NCBI GenBank assembly: GCA_963735035.1
Contig: CAVTJJ010000003.1
Location: forward strand, 704,001-768,000
Direction: 5' to 3'
Origin: an uncultured candidate division Zixibacteria bacterium
GTDB lineage: Bacteria > Zixibacteria > MSB-5A5 > GN15 > FEB-12
DNA: 64,000 nucleotides
Positions 42,235-52,431 of the stretch are shown here, one piece after another. Numbering within the stretch: position 1 is the stretch's first letter; each line of letters starts with the position of its first letter. The translations under genes were made by a program, and so were the position numbers. The notes below the pieces were generated by a model. The model worked only from the letters and a program-made list of their open reading frames with translations, did not search any database and was not told the origin of the DNA.

Positions 42235-42309
42235 TGAGCCGATAATCCGGTTTTTAGAGAAACTTATCTCTATTATCGGCCAATCCTGGGGGGTACTTGA
42301 CTAACAGAG

Positions 42310-43620
42310 CTACGCCAGCTTCTTCATCTCACCACCGAACGCAATGCCCATATCCCTGAGCATTTCAAACGGCGGGACGCCGCCTATCTGGACGATTACA
42401 TAGTCGTTGAGAATCTCGCGCACGCCCTCATTGGTTTGCAGGACCACGCTCTTGTCTTTGATTTCGACCACCTGTGAATCGAAAATCGCGTTTACTTTGT
42501 GACCCGCGATCAGCCGCGTCATGGCGTCTTCGTTCTTCTTCTTCACCCGAAAGAAGCTGCTCTTGCGATAGGATATAGTCACCGTATTTCCGGGTTGTCT
42601 CGCCAGACCGACCGCCGCTTCGACCGCACTGTCTCCTCCACCCACCACCAACACATGCTGGTTGGTGTAAGACTGGGCGTCGACCAGTTGATACATGACT
42701 TTGGCCTGTTCCTCGCCGGGCACTTCCAGCCGACGCGGCGTCCCGCGGCGACCGATCGCCAGCACCACAAAACGGGCCGAATACTCCGCCACCGGGGTCT
42801 TGATATCAAAATGGCTGTCAACGTGGCGAACTGACTCGACTTTCTGCCCCGGGCTCATCTTCAGATGAAAGCGATCATCGATTTCGTGCCAGATGCTCAT
42901 CAAGACTTCTTTCGAATACTCATCTTTCGTCAACCAACCGTAGAGCGGAATCTCGATCGGCTGCGTCATGACCAGTTTGCGGCGTGGATACTGGAGAATC
43001 GTGCCGCCCAACTCGCGTTCATCCAGCATGACATAATTCAGACCGTATTGTACTGCTGTTAACGCCGCTGAAATGCCGGCCGGTCCGGCCCCCACGATCA
43101 CGAAATCGTAATCAGTGCCATTCCCCGGCTTAACAATCCGTCGGGCGATTTCATCGACCACCATCCGCCCCTGGGCTACGGCGTTTCTAATTAGCGATAA
43201 CCCCCCCAGTTCGCCGGCTATAAACAGCCCCGGGACCGTGGTCTCGTTGACCGGCGTAAGAACCGGTATATCCGGGCGCGTTTTGATATCCCCCAGGCCG
43301 ACCTTAAGAGCTCCCACCGGACAGGCGGTTTCACAGAAACCGTGACCCACGCACCGCTCGCCGTTGATAACTTCGGCCACGCCCCATACCACTCCCAGGA
43401 CATCACCTTCCGGACAGGACGCAACACAGGCTCCACAACCGATACACTGAGACCGATTGACCATGGGATACTGGGCTCGTGGGCGGTCGATGCCCATGGC
43501 ATGCGCTTCCTGATGGCGTTCCGCCACGACCCGTCGGTTGTTCCGAAACTGGATCAGATACGGAAAGAAAATCACGGCTGCCAGAACCGCAACACCGGTC
43601 CAAATCAGTAGATGTTCCAT
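42310..43620 (-). CDS. Membrane-anchored ferredoxin plus thioredoxin-reductase-like NAD(P)H flavoprotein
   Basis: N-terminal TM helix, CIGCGACVASCP, CVGHGFCETACP, GLFIAGE, IVGAGPAG, VGGGDSA and SYRK. Confidence 0.88.
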   Translation of the reverse strand: MEHLLIWTGVAVLAAVIFFPYLIQFRNNRRVVAERHQEAHAMGIDRPRAQYPMVNRSQCIGCGACVASCPEGDVLGVVWGVAEVINGERCVGHGFCETACPVGALKVGLGDIKTRPDIPVLTPVNETTVPGLFIAGELGGLSLIRNAVAQGRMVVDEIARRIVKPGNGTDYDFVIVGAGPAGISAALTAVQYGLNYVMLDERELGGTILQYPRRKLVMTQPIEIPLYGWLTKDEYSKEVLMSIWHEIDDRFHLKMSPGQKVESVRHVDSHFDIKTPVAEYSARFVVLAIGRRGTPRRLEVPGEEQAKVMYQLVDAQSYTNQHVLVVGGGDSAVEAAVGLARQPGNTVTISYRKSSFFRVKKKNEDAMTRLIAGHKVNAIFDSQVVEIKDKSVVLQTNEGVREILNDYVIVQIGGVPPFEMLRDMGIAFGGEMKKLA

Positions 43621-43655
43621 AGTTGTTCTAACGTTCAAGAAGTTGTCTGGTTCGC

Positions 43656-45260
43656 TTAGAACCTGTAACCAAGTTCCGACTGAATCCGGAAACCCTTGAT
43701 ATCGTCGCCCGAATCGGTCTGCAATAACAGCCCCAGCCAGTATCGACGGCTGAGATCAGCCTGTCCGGACAGCTCGACCCAGTCGTTGTGTCGATAAGTC
43801 GTCACTTGCTCGGTCCGGTAGGCGTAGCTTCCGTAAGCAGCGTTGGCCGAGTACCTGCCACCAAAATAGGTGGTGGCTCGGACCGAGTAATTGTAGCCTC
43901 GGTTGGAAGGTCCGCTAAAGCCCGCGTACTGACCCATCAAGCTGAGCCCTTGAAACAGCAGGCTCCCCTTGCGAAGCTGTACTGAATAGGACTTGGTCGC
44001 GCTCGGGTCACCGGAGCGATTGCGATACCCCGCCGACAGAGACGAATACAGGTTACCGGGAAGTGTCAGATCGCTCTGCAGCCTGACTCCCTGGCGAAGA
44101 TGGTCATCGAATAGGCTGTCGACTGTAGAGCGGCTCCCGTATGTCCAGTAGTTGGTGCGGTTGTCATAGCTGAGAGAAAACCGTACCCGGGAAGTCGGAC
44201 GGATCCAGCCACTCAGGTAGAGATTCGACAGCTCGAACGTCGTCCCGGCCCGGACCTTTCGCCAGCTCCGATTGATATCAATCTCTCCGGTATGGTTTAT
44301 TCCCCATACGCTTCCCCGGCTCAGACGTCCCTGAATAACCAGGTACTCCCGGTTGACTTCCTGCCCATGATATTCACCAACTGCACCCAGGCTCTGCTCG
44401 AAATAGGTGTTCCGATAGTCACCTGAAGAGTAGCTGAAGTATCCGCCACCTTTCATTAGAGTCAGGCCTTGCTCATCGTACAGCCAATTCGGATAGGATC
44501 CACCGAACAGACCCGCGCGGAAGCGGTTGGACATCAGCCATTCCACCAACGCGCCGTCGATGAAGCCGATCGAGCCTGTCCGATGCGGCAGAATCCGACC
44601 GATCTGAAAATTGACCGGCGCCGACGGCTCCTCGTAGCTCAGCGAAAACTCCCATAGTCGATTCTGCCAGTCGTTGCGGGTGACAGCGGACGTGTAATCT
44701 CGCCGGCGTTTGTCAAACCGACCCCTTCCTCGTACGGCCAGCGTCAGTTCGTTGCCCCAGAGATGACGAGCCGTGAGTGATACTCGCGCGGTGGTTTGAC
44801 TGAAATCGAGATTCGACACGGTTTCATCGTTCCAGTAATAATACAAGAACGACATGCTGCCACTTACCGCCGCCTGACCTGGCTTGATTCGCACCGGCGT
44901 CGGTGCGGAAACGGGCGCGGGACTTACGGCCACCGGCTTTAGCGAATCTATCGTTACCGTACTGTCGAAGTTCAGAGGCGTCTTTGGTTCGACTGCGTCG
45001 CCGGCCTGAATATCACTCGTAGAGCTGATGATCTTGCACGAGGCCGAGTGGACCGAAATGTAAACCACTTCGATCTCCGCCTTGCTACCCTGTTTGCCCA
45101 AAACCAGAAGGCGCGTTCCCACGCTGAGACCGTCCGCCTGACCACCGTCAAGATAGACATTCTCGACCGAAACATATTTGACCGCAAAACGATCCTTGGC
45201 GCTTGCAGTAGCCACCAACAAGGTTAAGCAGACTGCGAATATCAGCAATTTCTTGATCAT
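43656..45260 (-). CDS. Outer-membrane beta-barrel with N-terminal soluble domain
   Basis: Signal peptide, small beta domain (VYLDGGQADGL), Pro-rich linker and amphipathic strands. C-terminal beta-signal ELGYRF; ATGA-coupled to the cytochrome gene. Confidence 0.82.
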   Translation of the reverse strand: MIKKLLIFAVCLTLLVATASAKDRFAVKYVSVENVYLDGGQADGLSVGTRLLVLGKQGSKAEIEVVYISVHSASCKIISSTSDIQAGDAVEPKTPLNFDSTVTIDSLKPVAVSPAPVSAPTPVRIKPGQAAVSGSMSFLYYYWNDETVSNLDFSQTTARVSLTARHLWGNELTLAVRGRGRFDKRRRDYTSAVTRNDWQNRLWEFSLSYEEPSAPVNFQIGRILPHRTGSIGFIDGALVEWLMSNRFRAGLFGGSYPNWLYDEQGLTLMKGGGYFSYSSGDYRNTYFEQSLGAVGEYHGQEVNREYLVIQGRLSRGSVWGINHTGEIDINRSWRKVRAGTTFELSNLYLSGWIRPTSRVRFSLSYDNRTNYWTYGSRSTVDSLFDDHLRQGVRLQSDLTLPGNLYSSLSAGYRNRSGDPSATKSYSVQLRKGSLLFQGLSLMGQYAGFSGPSNRGYNYSVRATTYFGGRYSANAAYGSYAYRTEQVTTYRHNDWVELSGQADLSRRYWLGLLLQTDSGDDIKGFRIQSELGYRF

Positions 45261-48200
45261 GCCCGCCCCCTTGGGTGACACGAGTAGCATGATGTGCTCT
45301 GGTACTGGTAGTTCTGAACACCGGAGTGCTTTGAATCGGTATCGGTCTTGTTGTGCTCGTGACAATTGATACACTCAAAGACGGCAAACGAACCCGCACT
45401 CACGTGACAATCTGCGCAAACACTCCAACGACCGTTGTGTATTCCTGAGTAGATCGGGAAATACTGACTGTCGTGATCCCAGGTCGACGGAGTCCAGCCG
45501 GTGGTCGTATGACAGTTCTGGCAGGCTGTCGGGAAGCCCGCCGCGGCGTGGCTCGGATTCGTGGTGGTCTGGTAAGCCGTCTGATGACACGCATAGCAAG
45601 CCGTCGAAGTGCCGGTATAGCCGCTGCTATGACACGCCACGCACGTCAAAGTTGTGTGCGCTCCCGTAAGCGGGAACGCCGTGGTGGCGTGGTTGAAGGA
45701 CGATGGCGTCCAAGCCGTAGTGGTGTGACAGGTCGTACAAATGTGATCGAAATTGTTGGTCACATGGTTCGGGTCTACCACTCCCTGGTAGGCCGCCTGG
45801 TGGCAGGAATAGCATGCTGTCGAAGTTCCGGCATAACCACTAGCGTGACACGATACACAGGTCACCGTAGCATGGGCTCCCGTAAGTGGGAAAGCCGTGG
45901 TGGCGTGGTTGAAGGTCGATGGCGTCCAGGCCGTAGGTGGTATGGCAGGTCGTACAAATGTGATCGAAATTGTTGGTCACATGGTTCGGGTCTACCACCC
46001 CCTGGTAGGCTGCCTGGTGGCAGGAATAACAATCGGTCGGTGTCCCGGCATAGGCCGTGGCGTGACAGGATATACACGTCACCGTAGTGTGAGCACCGGT
46101 CAAAGTGTAGCCGGTCGACGAATGGCTGAACGACGATGGCGTCCAGGCCGTGGTCGTGTGGCAGCCGGTACAGTCTTGGCTGAAACCAGCCAAGACATGG
46201 TTGGGATTAGTGGACGACGTAAAATTACTCTGATGACAGGAATAACATGCCGTCGAAGTTCCCGTATAACCACTGGCGTGGCACGATACACAGGTCACTG
46301 TGGTGTGCGCGCCGGTCAGCGGAAATGCCGTAGTGGCATGGTTGAAAGTCGAGGGCGTCCAAGCCGTGTTGTTATGACAGGTCAAACAATTGTGGTCGAA
46401 ATTGTTGGTCACATGGTTCGGATCTACCACCCCCTGGTAGGCCGCCTGATGGCAGGAATAACAGTCTGTCGGCGTTCCGGCATAGACCGTGGCGTGGCAC
46501 GAAACGCAGGTCACCGTAGTGTGAGCCCCGGTCAAAGCGTAACCCGTCACCGTATGGTTAAACGACGATGGCGTCCAGGCCGTAGTCGTATGGCAGCCGG
46601 TACAGTCTTGGCTGAAACTCGCCAGCACGTGGTTCGGATTGGTAGACGACTCGAAATTGCTCTGATGGCAGGAATAACAGTCGGTCGGCGTGCTGACGTA
46701 ACCCCCGGCGTGACACGAAATGCACGTCACCGTAGTATGCGCCCCTGTCAGCGGGAAGGCGGTAGTGGCGTGGTTGAAGCTCGAAGGAGTCCAGCCGCTA
46801 GAAGTATGGCAGGTCTGACAGTCGGTTGGGAATCCGGCCGTTACGTGGTTAGGATTCGTAGCCGTCGCAAAGGAGCTCTGATGACACGCATAGCAGGTCG
46901 TCGGCGTCCCGGTGTATCCGGCCGCATGACACGAATTACAACCTATCGTCAGATGCTGTCCCGTGAGGGCGAACGACGTCAGGGCATGACTAAAGCTCGA
47001 CTCCGCCCACGAGGTAGTATTGTGGCAGGTCAGGCAATTGTGATCGAAATTGCCCGTCACGTGATTCGGATCCGCCACACCCTGGTAGGCCGCCTGATGG
47101 CAGGAATAACAATCGGTCGGCGTACCGGCATAAGCTGTCGCATGACACAGATTACAGGCGGTGGTAATATGGGTACCCGTCAACGTGTAGCCTGTTACCG
47201 AGTGATTATATGACGACGGCGTCCAGCCACTGGTCGTATGGCACGTTGTGCAGTCGTGGCCAAAATTGGCGAGCGCGTGATTCGGGTTGGTGCCGGACGC
47301 ATAAACGCCCTGATGACACGAATAGCAATCGGTCGGTGTGCCGGCGTACCCGCTCGCATGACACAAATTACACGCGACGTTGACGTGCAAGCCGGTCAGC
47401 GGAAAAGCTGTAGTAGCATGGTTGAAAGTCGAGGGCGTCCACCCTGCCGTCGTATGACACACCGTGCAGTCGTGACCAAACCCCTGCTGCACATGGTTCG
47501 GCGACGTAACACCTTCGAATGCGGCCTGGTGGCAACTGTAGCAGTCAGTTGGAGTCCCGGCAAAGGTAGTGCTATGGCATCCTGAGCATGTCGCGCTGAC
47601 GTGCTTTCCGGTCAGCACAAATCCGGTCGTCGAGTGATTAAACGACGACGGCTTCCACGCGGAAGTAGTATGGCACTTAGTACAGTCGTGATCGAATTGC
47701 GCCAGAACGTGATTGGGATCCGTCGATTGATCGAAAACGGCCTGGTGACAGGCATAACAAGCGGTCGGCGTTCCCTTGTACTGTGTCGCATGGCAGGAGA
47801 TGCAAGTCGCCTGAAGATGCGCACCAGTCAGCGGAAACACTGTCAGGGAATGGTCAAAAGTGGCCGGCTTCCAGCCGTAGATCGTGTGGCACTGCGTACA
47901 GTCATGCGGGTAGGCGCCCGTCACATGGTTCGGATCGGTCGTGGCAGCAAAGACAGCCTCGTGGCATGAATAGCAATCGGTCGCTAAACCGACATACTGA
48001 GTAGCGTGGCACGCCTTGCAGGCCACTCCCTGATGCCCACCGACAAGCGGAAAAGCCGCCGGGTGATGATATTCCACATTCCGCCAGGTGGATGCAGTCG
48101 GCTGATGACAAACCTTACAGTCGGTCGAAAAACCGGCCCGCGCATGATTCGGATCCTGGGTCGCCGAGTACGCCTCCGTATGGCAATCGTAGCAAACCAT

Positions 48201-48665
48201 CGGCGTGCCGGCGTACTCCTGTCGCGCGTGGCCGACATGGCAAGCTTCGCAGTCCGCGACCGCGTGCGCACCGGTCAGAGCAAATCCCCTTGAGGCGTGC
48301 ATTTCGAGCGTACTTCGACGGTTCTGCCAATCGCGCGGCGTGTGGCAATTGTCGCAGTCCTGACCAAGCTGGCCGTTGTGGCGATCAGCGTGGCAGTCAG
48401 CACAGGCAACTCCGACGTTACTAAACAGGGGACTCTTGTGGCAGCCGATACACTGCGCCGTTGCGTGCGAACCTACCAGGACAAAGCCGGTCGCATCGTG
48501 CTTGAACTGCAGCGAATCGCGCATCTTCGACCAGGATTCGGTGGTATGGCAGTCCTGACAGTCCCACTTCAAGTTACCGTGGGGGTTCTTCACGGTCGAT
48601 TGACTTAGAAGCGCACTTCCGATAAGCAATGACGCGCCAATCAGAAACAAGAAGAATCGTCTCAT
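45257..48665 (-). CDS. Giant multiheme cytochrome c, 46 CxxCH, about 1135 aa; frameshift near 45936
   Basis: 37 CxxCH before and 9 after the shift. Removing one base (CATACCACCTACGGCC to CATACCACTACGGCC) restores the HTTTAWTP repeat. Sec signal peptide. Confidence 0.92.
45480..48030 (-). repeat. Intragenic 216-nt (72-aa) tri-heme tandem repeat, about 12 regular units
   Basis: Unit CxxCH-10-CYxCH-20(PNH)-CxxCH-27(WTP..FNH..FPLTGAH). The distal units are nearly identical at DNA level. Confidence 0.9.
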
Positions 48666-48667
48666 GA

Positions 48668-50320
48668 TTAACTGCTCCTTTCCGGAGTGATCGTGCCGTG
48701 GCAGGAGACGCAAGTGATGTCAATCGGCTTGTATTTGGCAAATAGTCCGTTCTCGTCTTTTACACTCAAATGACACTTTTCACAGAGCACCGTCCGGTGG
48801 GCGCCGTCCAGTTTGAACCGACTATTCTTATGGTCGAACTTCGTAGTCTTCCAGCTTGATGCCAAATGGCACCCCGAACAATCGGTGGCATTATCCTTCG
48901 CGAATTGACCGCGATGAGTATCCGGATGACACGATTGGCAATCGGTCCGGATACCGGTAAAGCGCACCGCTTTGATGTCTTTCGCCTGGGCGATATCGGT
49001 ATGACACTTCATACAGGCAACTTGGACGTGACGCCCTTCGAGAGGAAACTTGCTCTTCGAATGGTCATAATTGACCCGGTTCCACCCCTCGACTGCGTGA
49101 CAGAGTTCACACCCTGAGGCCGCCACCATCTTGTCCACTTGTCCCTTGTGCGGGTCCTTATGGCATCCCAGGCATTTCACAGAAGCGAAGACAAACCGCA
49201 GCTTTGAAGAACCATCGGCCGCTTTCAGCTTGTGGCAAGTCAGACACGGTACGGCTTGATGGGCGCCACGAAGCGGATAATCCGATTGATCGTGCTGGGC
49301 CATCGTGTAGCGCGCCGGAGAGTAACCGCCGACCGTATGGCACTCTTCGCAAGCGCCCTTCGACGCCCGCTTGGCGAAATCTCCATTATGGTAATCCGAA
49401 TGGCAGTCACGACAGGCGGCGAATTTCAATCCCGGCTTGGCCTGGCCTCCGCTGTGACATTTCTCGCACTTCAGGGCAAGATGCTTCCCTTCCAACGGGT
49501 AGCGCGTCTTCTTGTGATCGAAATTCACCGTATTGACCAAACGCCACCCTTCACTGCTATGACAGGAGCTACAGTTCGCCCCGAGCTTACCCTTATGCGG
49601 ATCGGTATGGCAGTCAGTGCATTGGGCAAACGGCAAGCCGACGTACTTCTGGTAGTTGGGATCTTCCGGGAGCGGACGGTCGGTCAGAAGTGGGTGACAT
49701 TTTACACAGAGAACGGTCATGTGCTTGCCTGTCAGAACATATTTGGCCGTGGCGTGGTCGAAGGCCGCCGCCGGTTTCCACGCGGTCATAACGTGGCACT
49801 TGGCGCAGACTTCACTCAATTGGCCGCGATGCTCATCCCGATGGCACGCTGTGCAGGCGGTCTGAAGTCCCAGGAAAGTCCTCTTTGGGTTAGTCTTCTC
49901 CTTCGATCCAACCGCCAGCGCGCCCATATACTTGGCGTCATGACACTTGCGGCAAGTCAGCGAGCCATGTTTCCCCTCAAGACGAAACGCGGTGGCAGAA
50001 TGGTCAAACGCGGTGTCGCCGTCTTTCCAATAGATCAGAGCAACGTCACGCCCCTGGTGCTCCACATGGCACTTCTGGCAGGAACGATAATCCTGGCGGC
50101 TGTGCAGTCCTTTGCCGGCGTCCTGCTGGTTCTTGATCCGGACATGGCAGTCAAGACATTTGTCCGGCACCAGTTCCTGATCACCACCGTGGCATTTGGT
50201 GCAGTTCTCAACTCCTTCGAGAGACGTATGCCCCTCACTTAGATCACCGGGCGAGAGCTGCGCCCGAACTGTCCCCGCCCCGAGGAAGAAAAGAAATATG
50301 AGCAGTAGGCCCCTTACCAT
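48668..50320 (-). CDS. Periplasmic 20-heme cytochrome c
   Basis: Signal peptide ending VRA-Q, LSPGDLSEGH and 20 CxxCH. FDH...YPLEGKH tri-heme repeats; Lys-rich. Confidence 0.93.
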   Translation of the reverse strand: MVRGLLLIFLFFLGAGTVRAQLSPGDLSEGHTSLEGVENCTKCHGGDQELVPDKCLDCHVRIKNQQDAGKGLHSRQDYRSCQKCHVEHQGRDVALIYWKDGDTAFDHSATAFRLEGKHGSLTCRKCHDAKYMGALAVGSKEKTNPKRTFLGLQTACTACHRDEHRGQLSEVCAKCHVMTAWKPAAAFDHATAKYVLTGKHMTVLCVKCHPLLTDRPLPEDPNYQKYVGLPFAQCTDCHTDPHKGKLGANCSSCHSSEGWRLVNTVNFDHKKTRYPLEGKHLALKCEKCHSGGQAKPGLKFAACRDCHSDYHNGDFAKRASKGACEECHTVGGYSPARYTMAQHDQSDYPLRGAHQAVPCLTCHKLKAADGSSKLRFVFASVKCLGCHKDPHKGQVDKMVAASGCELCHAVEGWNRVNYDHSKSKFPLEGRHVQVACMKCHTDIAQAKDIKAVRFTGIRTDCQSCHPDTHRGQFAKDNATDCSGCHLASSWKTTKFDHKNSRFKLDGAHRTVLCEKCHLSVKDENGLFAKYKPIDITCVSCHGTITPERSS

Positions 50321-51243
50321 ACCCACCCGTATCCGGTCCAGACAACCACACTGATATGAACCATCATTATGATATACATGAGAATCGCAAACGGCTTGTG
50401 GATCACATGCCAGTAATGAAACGTTTGCTGCACCTGTGCCAGCAGCGCCACCCGTCGCTGAAGCAGCGCCCTTGTGAACGCCGGTTTTGCAAATTCTCGC
50501 AGTTGTCGCTTGGGCATAGGCATGGCAACCATTATCTCATGTACAAAGCGGCGCCGCACAAACGGACGAAACAAATCGTCCACAAGCAAGAGGCCGATGG
50601 CTCGCATGGCGCCGCCCCCGAAACCGGTAACGTACCGGGCGGTCACGCCCTCGAGCTTGATGATGCCGGCGTCATCTAGTTCAAAACGATTTCGCAGTTG
50701 CTTGGTTAAATCGCCCATTAGCCCATTTAGTTCCTGAATGGTCAGTTCTGTGCCCTGGATATTTCGAGGAATCTGCAGATAAAGATAGCGGCCGAAAAAT
50801 CCGCTTGCAGCCACCGCCACCATAGACCAGAAAGCTACCGCCACCAGACCTTGTACCTTGAAAGCCGTATGTAGTACAATGAAGAGCGGTCCCATAACGC
50901 CCAGGTAAATATGAAAATCCAGCAATGACCGAAGCGAAATCTTCCGTCCCAACAACTTGGTACGCTTGCGCACCGAATAGATCAGCATCAGAACCAACAT
51001 CCCTGCTCCGGCATAACCGTACATCAGCCCTCGGGTTCCGGCGGGGCGGAATTCGCGATAGCCTAGGTCGTGAGGCCGGTCGGCATAGGGGGTCGTGTAG
51101 TACGAAAAACCGTCTATCAGAAACCAGACAAGCAGAGCTATAGAAACGAGCCAAACCAGCCAGAAGAACAGACTCCTGCCGGACTCATTATTGTGGGGTT
51201 TCTCAAGGACGGGACTGACCGCCTCAACGAGTGGTAATTGCAT
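50314..51243 (-). CDS. Inner-membrane protein with conserved-looking TM histidines (cytochrome b / ferric-reductase-like)
   Basis: About 5 TM segments with LDFHIYLG, IVLHT, YWHVIHKPF and MVHIS. First gene of the cytochrome operon. Confidence 0.75.
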   Translation of the reverse strand: MQLPLVEAVSPVLEKPHNNESGRSLFFWLVWLVSIALLVWFLIDGFSYYTTPYADRPHDLGYREFRPAGTRGLMYGYAGAGMLVLMLIYSVRKRTKLLGRKISLRSLLDFHIYLGVMGPLFIVLHTAFKVQGLVAVAFWSMVAVAASGFFGRYLYLQIPRNIQGTELTIQELNGLMGDLTKQLRNRFELDDAGIIKLEGVTARYVTGFGGGAMRAIGLLLVDDLFRPFVRRRFVHEIMVAMPMPKRQLREFAKPAFTRALLQRRVALLAQVQQTFHYWHVIHKPFAILMYIIMMVHISVVVWTGYGWVW

Positions 51244-51593
51244 CCAGAAAACGTCCTATTTGAATGCTTATGTCATTACCAGCTATCTGGTCTACAGGTT
51301 CGACCGGGGCTCGAACCGGGTCCAATGCGTATCAGTCTTTATATCGGCAGTTTAGTAAAGCGAATCAAAGAAAAAGAAGTATTGTCAGTTTGCAGGCAAA
51401 AGGCACTGGCCCTGAAGAGCTTGTGAGGTTGCCTAACTTCAATCAATATCGCCTTCTCGAGCTCACGGGCCTGGTCAAGGGTCTGCGATCCCCCTCCGAT
51501 ATACGGGAAAATGGAGAGCAATATCGCTCGGCTTTCCCAAACCCAATACGGTTATGCGGACACGGCAGTGGACGCTGAAAGGGTGACTCTCTC

Positions 51594-52394
51594 ATGAGTA
51601 ATCTACGGGAACACTTAAAGCCAAATCAACTCAAGGGCAGCAAGCCTCGCTGTCACACACTAACGCATGGCCTACCAGAACAAGTTGCCAGGCAGCTAAA
51701 CAAGCTCGTTGATCCTTGCGGCTCGATCGCGGCATCCGACTTCTGGATGCCACGGGGTTTTGACGACATCGAGGAAGCCCAGTTGCACAACGCGCCGCAC
51801 TTGCTTGATACAAAACGGAACGGGGAAGCGCTCAAATCGTGGTGGCTCGCCTGCGCCGGCTCCACTACGCGTACACCGAACTGGGATATCGCAAGCACTT
51901 GCACGATTGAAGGCAGACCTGGCTTGCTTCTGGTTGAGGCCAAAGCGCACTGTAGAGAACTGAAGACGAAAGATCGCTGTGGCTCCGGCAATGAAATGAA
52001 TTACGAGCGTATCGGACAGGCAATACGCGAGGCCAACGACGCTTTCAACCTGATTAGGCCCGGCTGGAAATTGTCACACGAGCATCACTATCAGTTGAGC
52101 AATCGCTTTGCATGGAGCTGGAAGCTGGCGAGTCTTGGCATACCGGTTGTGCTCGTGTATCTGGGGTTTCTGAATGCAAATGAAATGAACGACCCCTTCC
52201 ATGATGAGCAATCCTGGGTTCGTACAGTACAGAGCTATGCTCGAGATGTTGTGCCCGAGAGTGTTTGGGACAGCAAATTGATAATTGGCAATACTCCCCT
52301 CTACGCGCTCATCCGTTCAATAGAGATTCCGTTGGCGTCGATTACCGCTACAACTGATGAGTTGAAGGCAAGAAGCGCAACAAGAGTCCATTAG
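51594..52394 (+). CDS. Hypothetical protein with PD-(D/E)XK nuclease-like motif
   Basis: TPNWDIAS...LLLVEAKAH...E followed by HYQLSNR. Confidence 0.6.
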   Translation: MSNLREHLKPNQLKGSKPRCHTLTHGLPEQVARQLNKLVDPCGSIAASDFWMPRGFDDIEEAQLHNAPHLLDTKRNGEALKSWWLACAGSTTRTPNWDIASTCTIEGRPGLLLVEAKAHCRELKTKDRCGSGNEMNYERIGQAIREANDAFNLIRPGWKLSHEHHYQLSNRFAWSWKLASLGIPVVLVYLGFLNANEMNDPFHDEQSWVRTVQSYARDVVPESVWDSKLIIGNTPLYALIRSIEIPLASITATTDELKARSATRVH

Positions 52395-52431
52395 AAGCGA
52401 CCGAAACACTACCTTCCACGCCGCTCAGCCG

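Noticed and set aside
45480..48030. Regular DNA repeats as a CRISPR array or mobile repeat
   Set aside because: The period is 216 nt, in frame and coding for tri-heme units. There are no unique spacers or cas genes.
45473..50242. Long plus-strand ORFs (e.g. 45897-47213, 49232-50242)
   Set aside because: Antisense shadows of the repetitive cytochrome genes.
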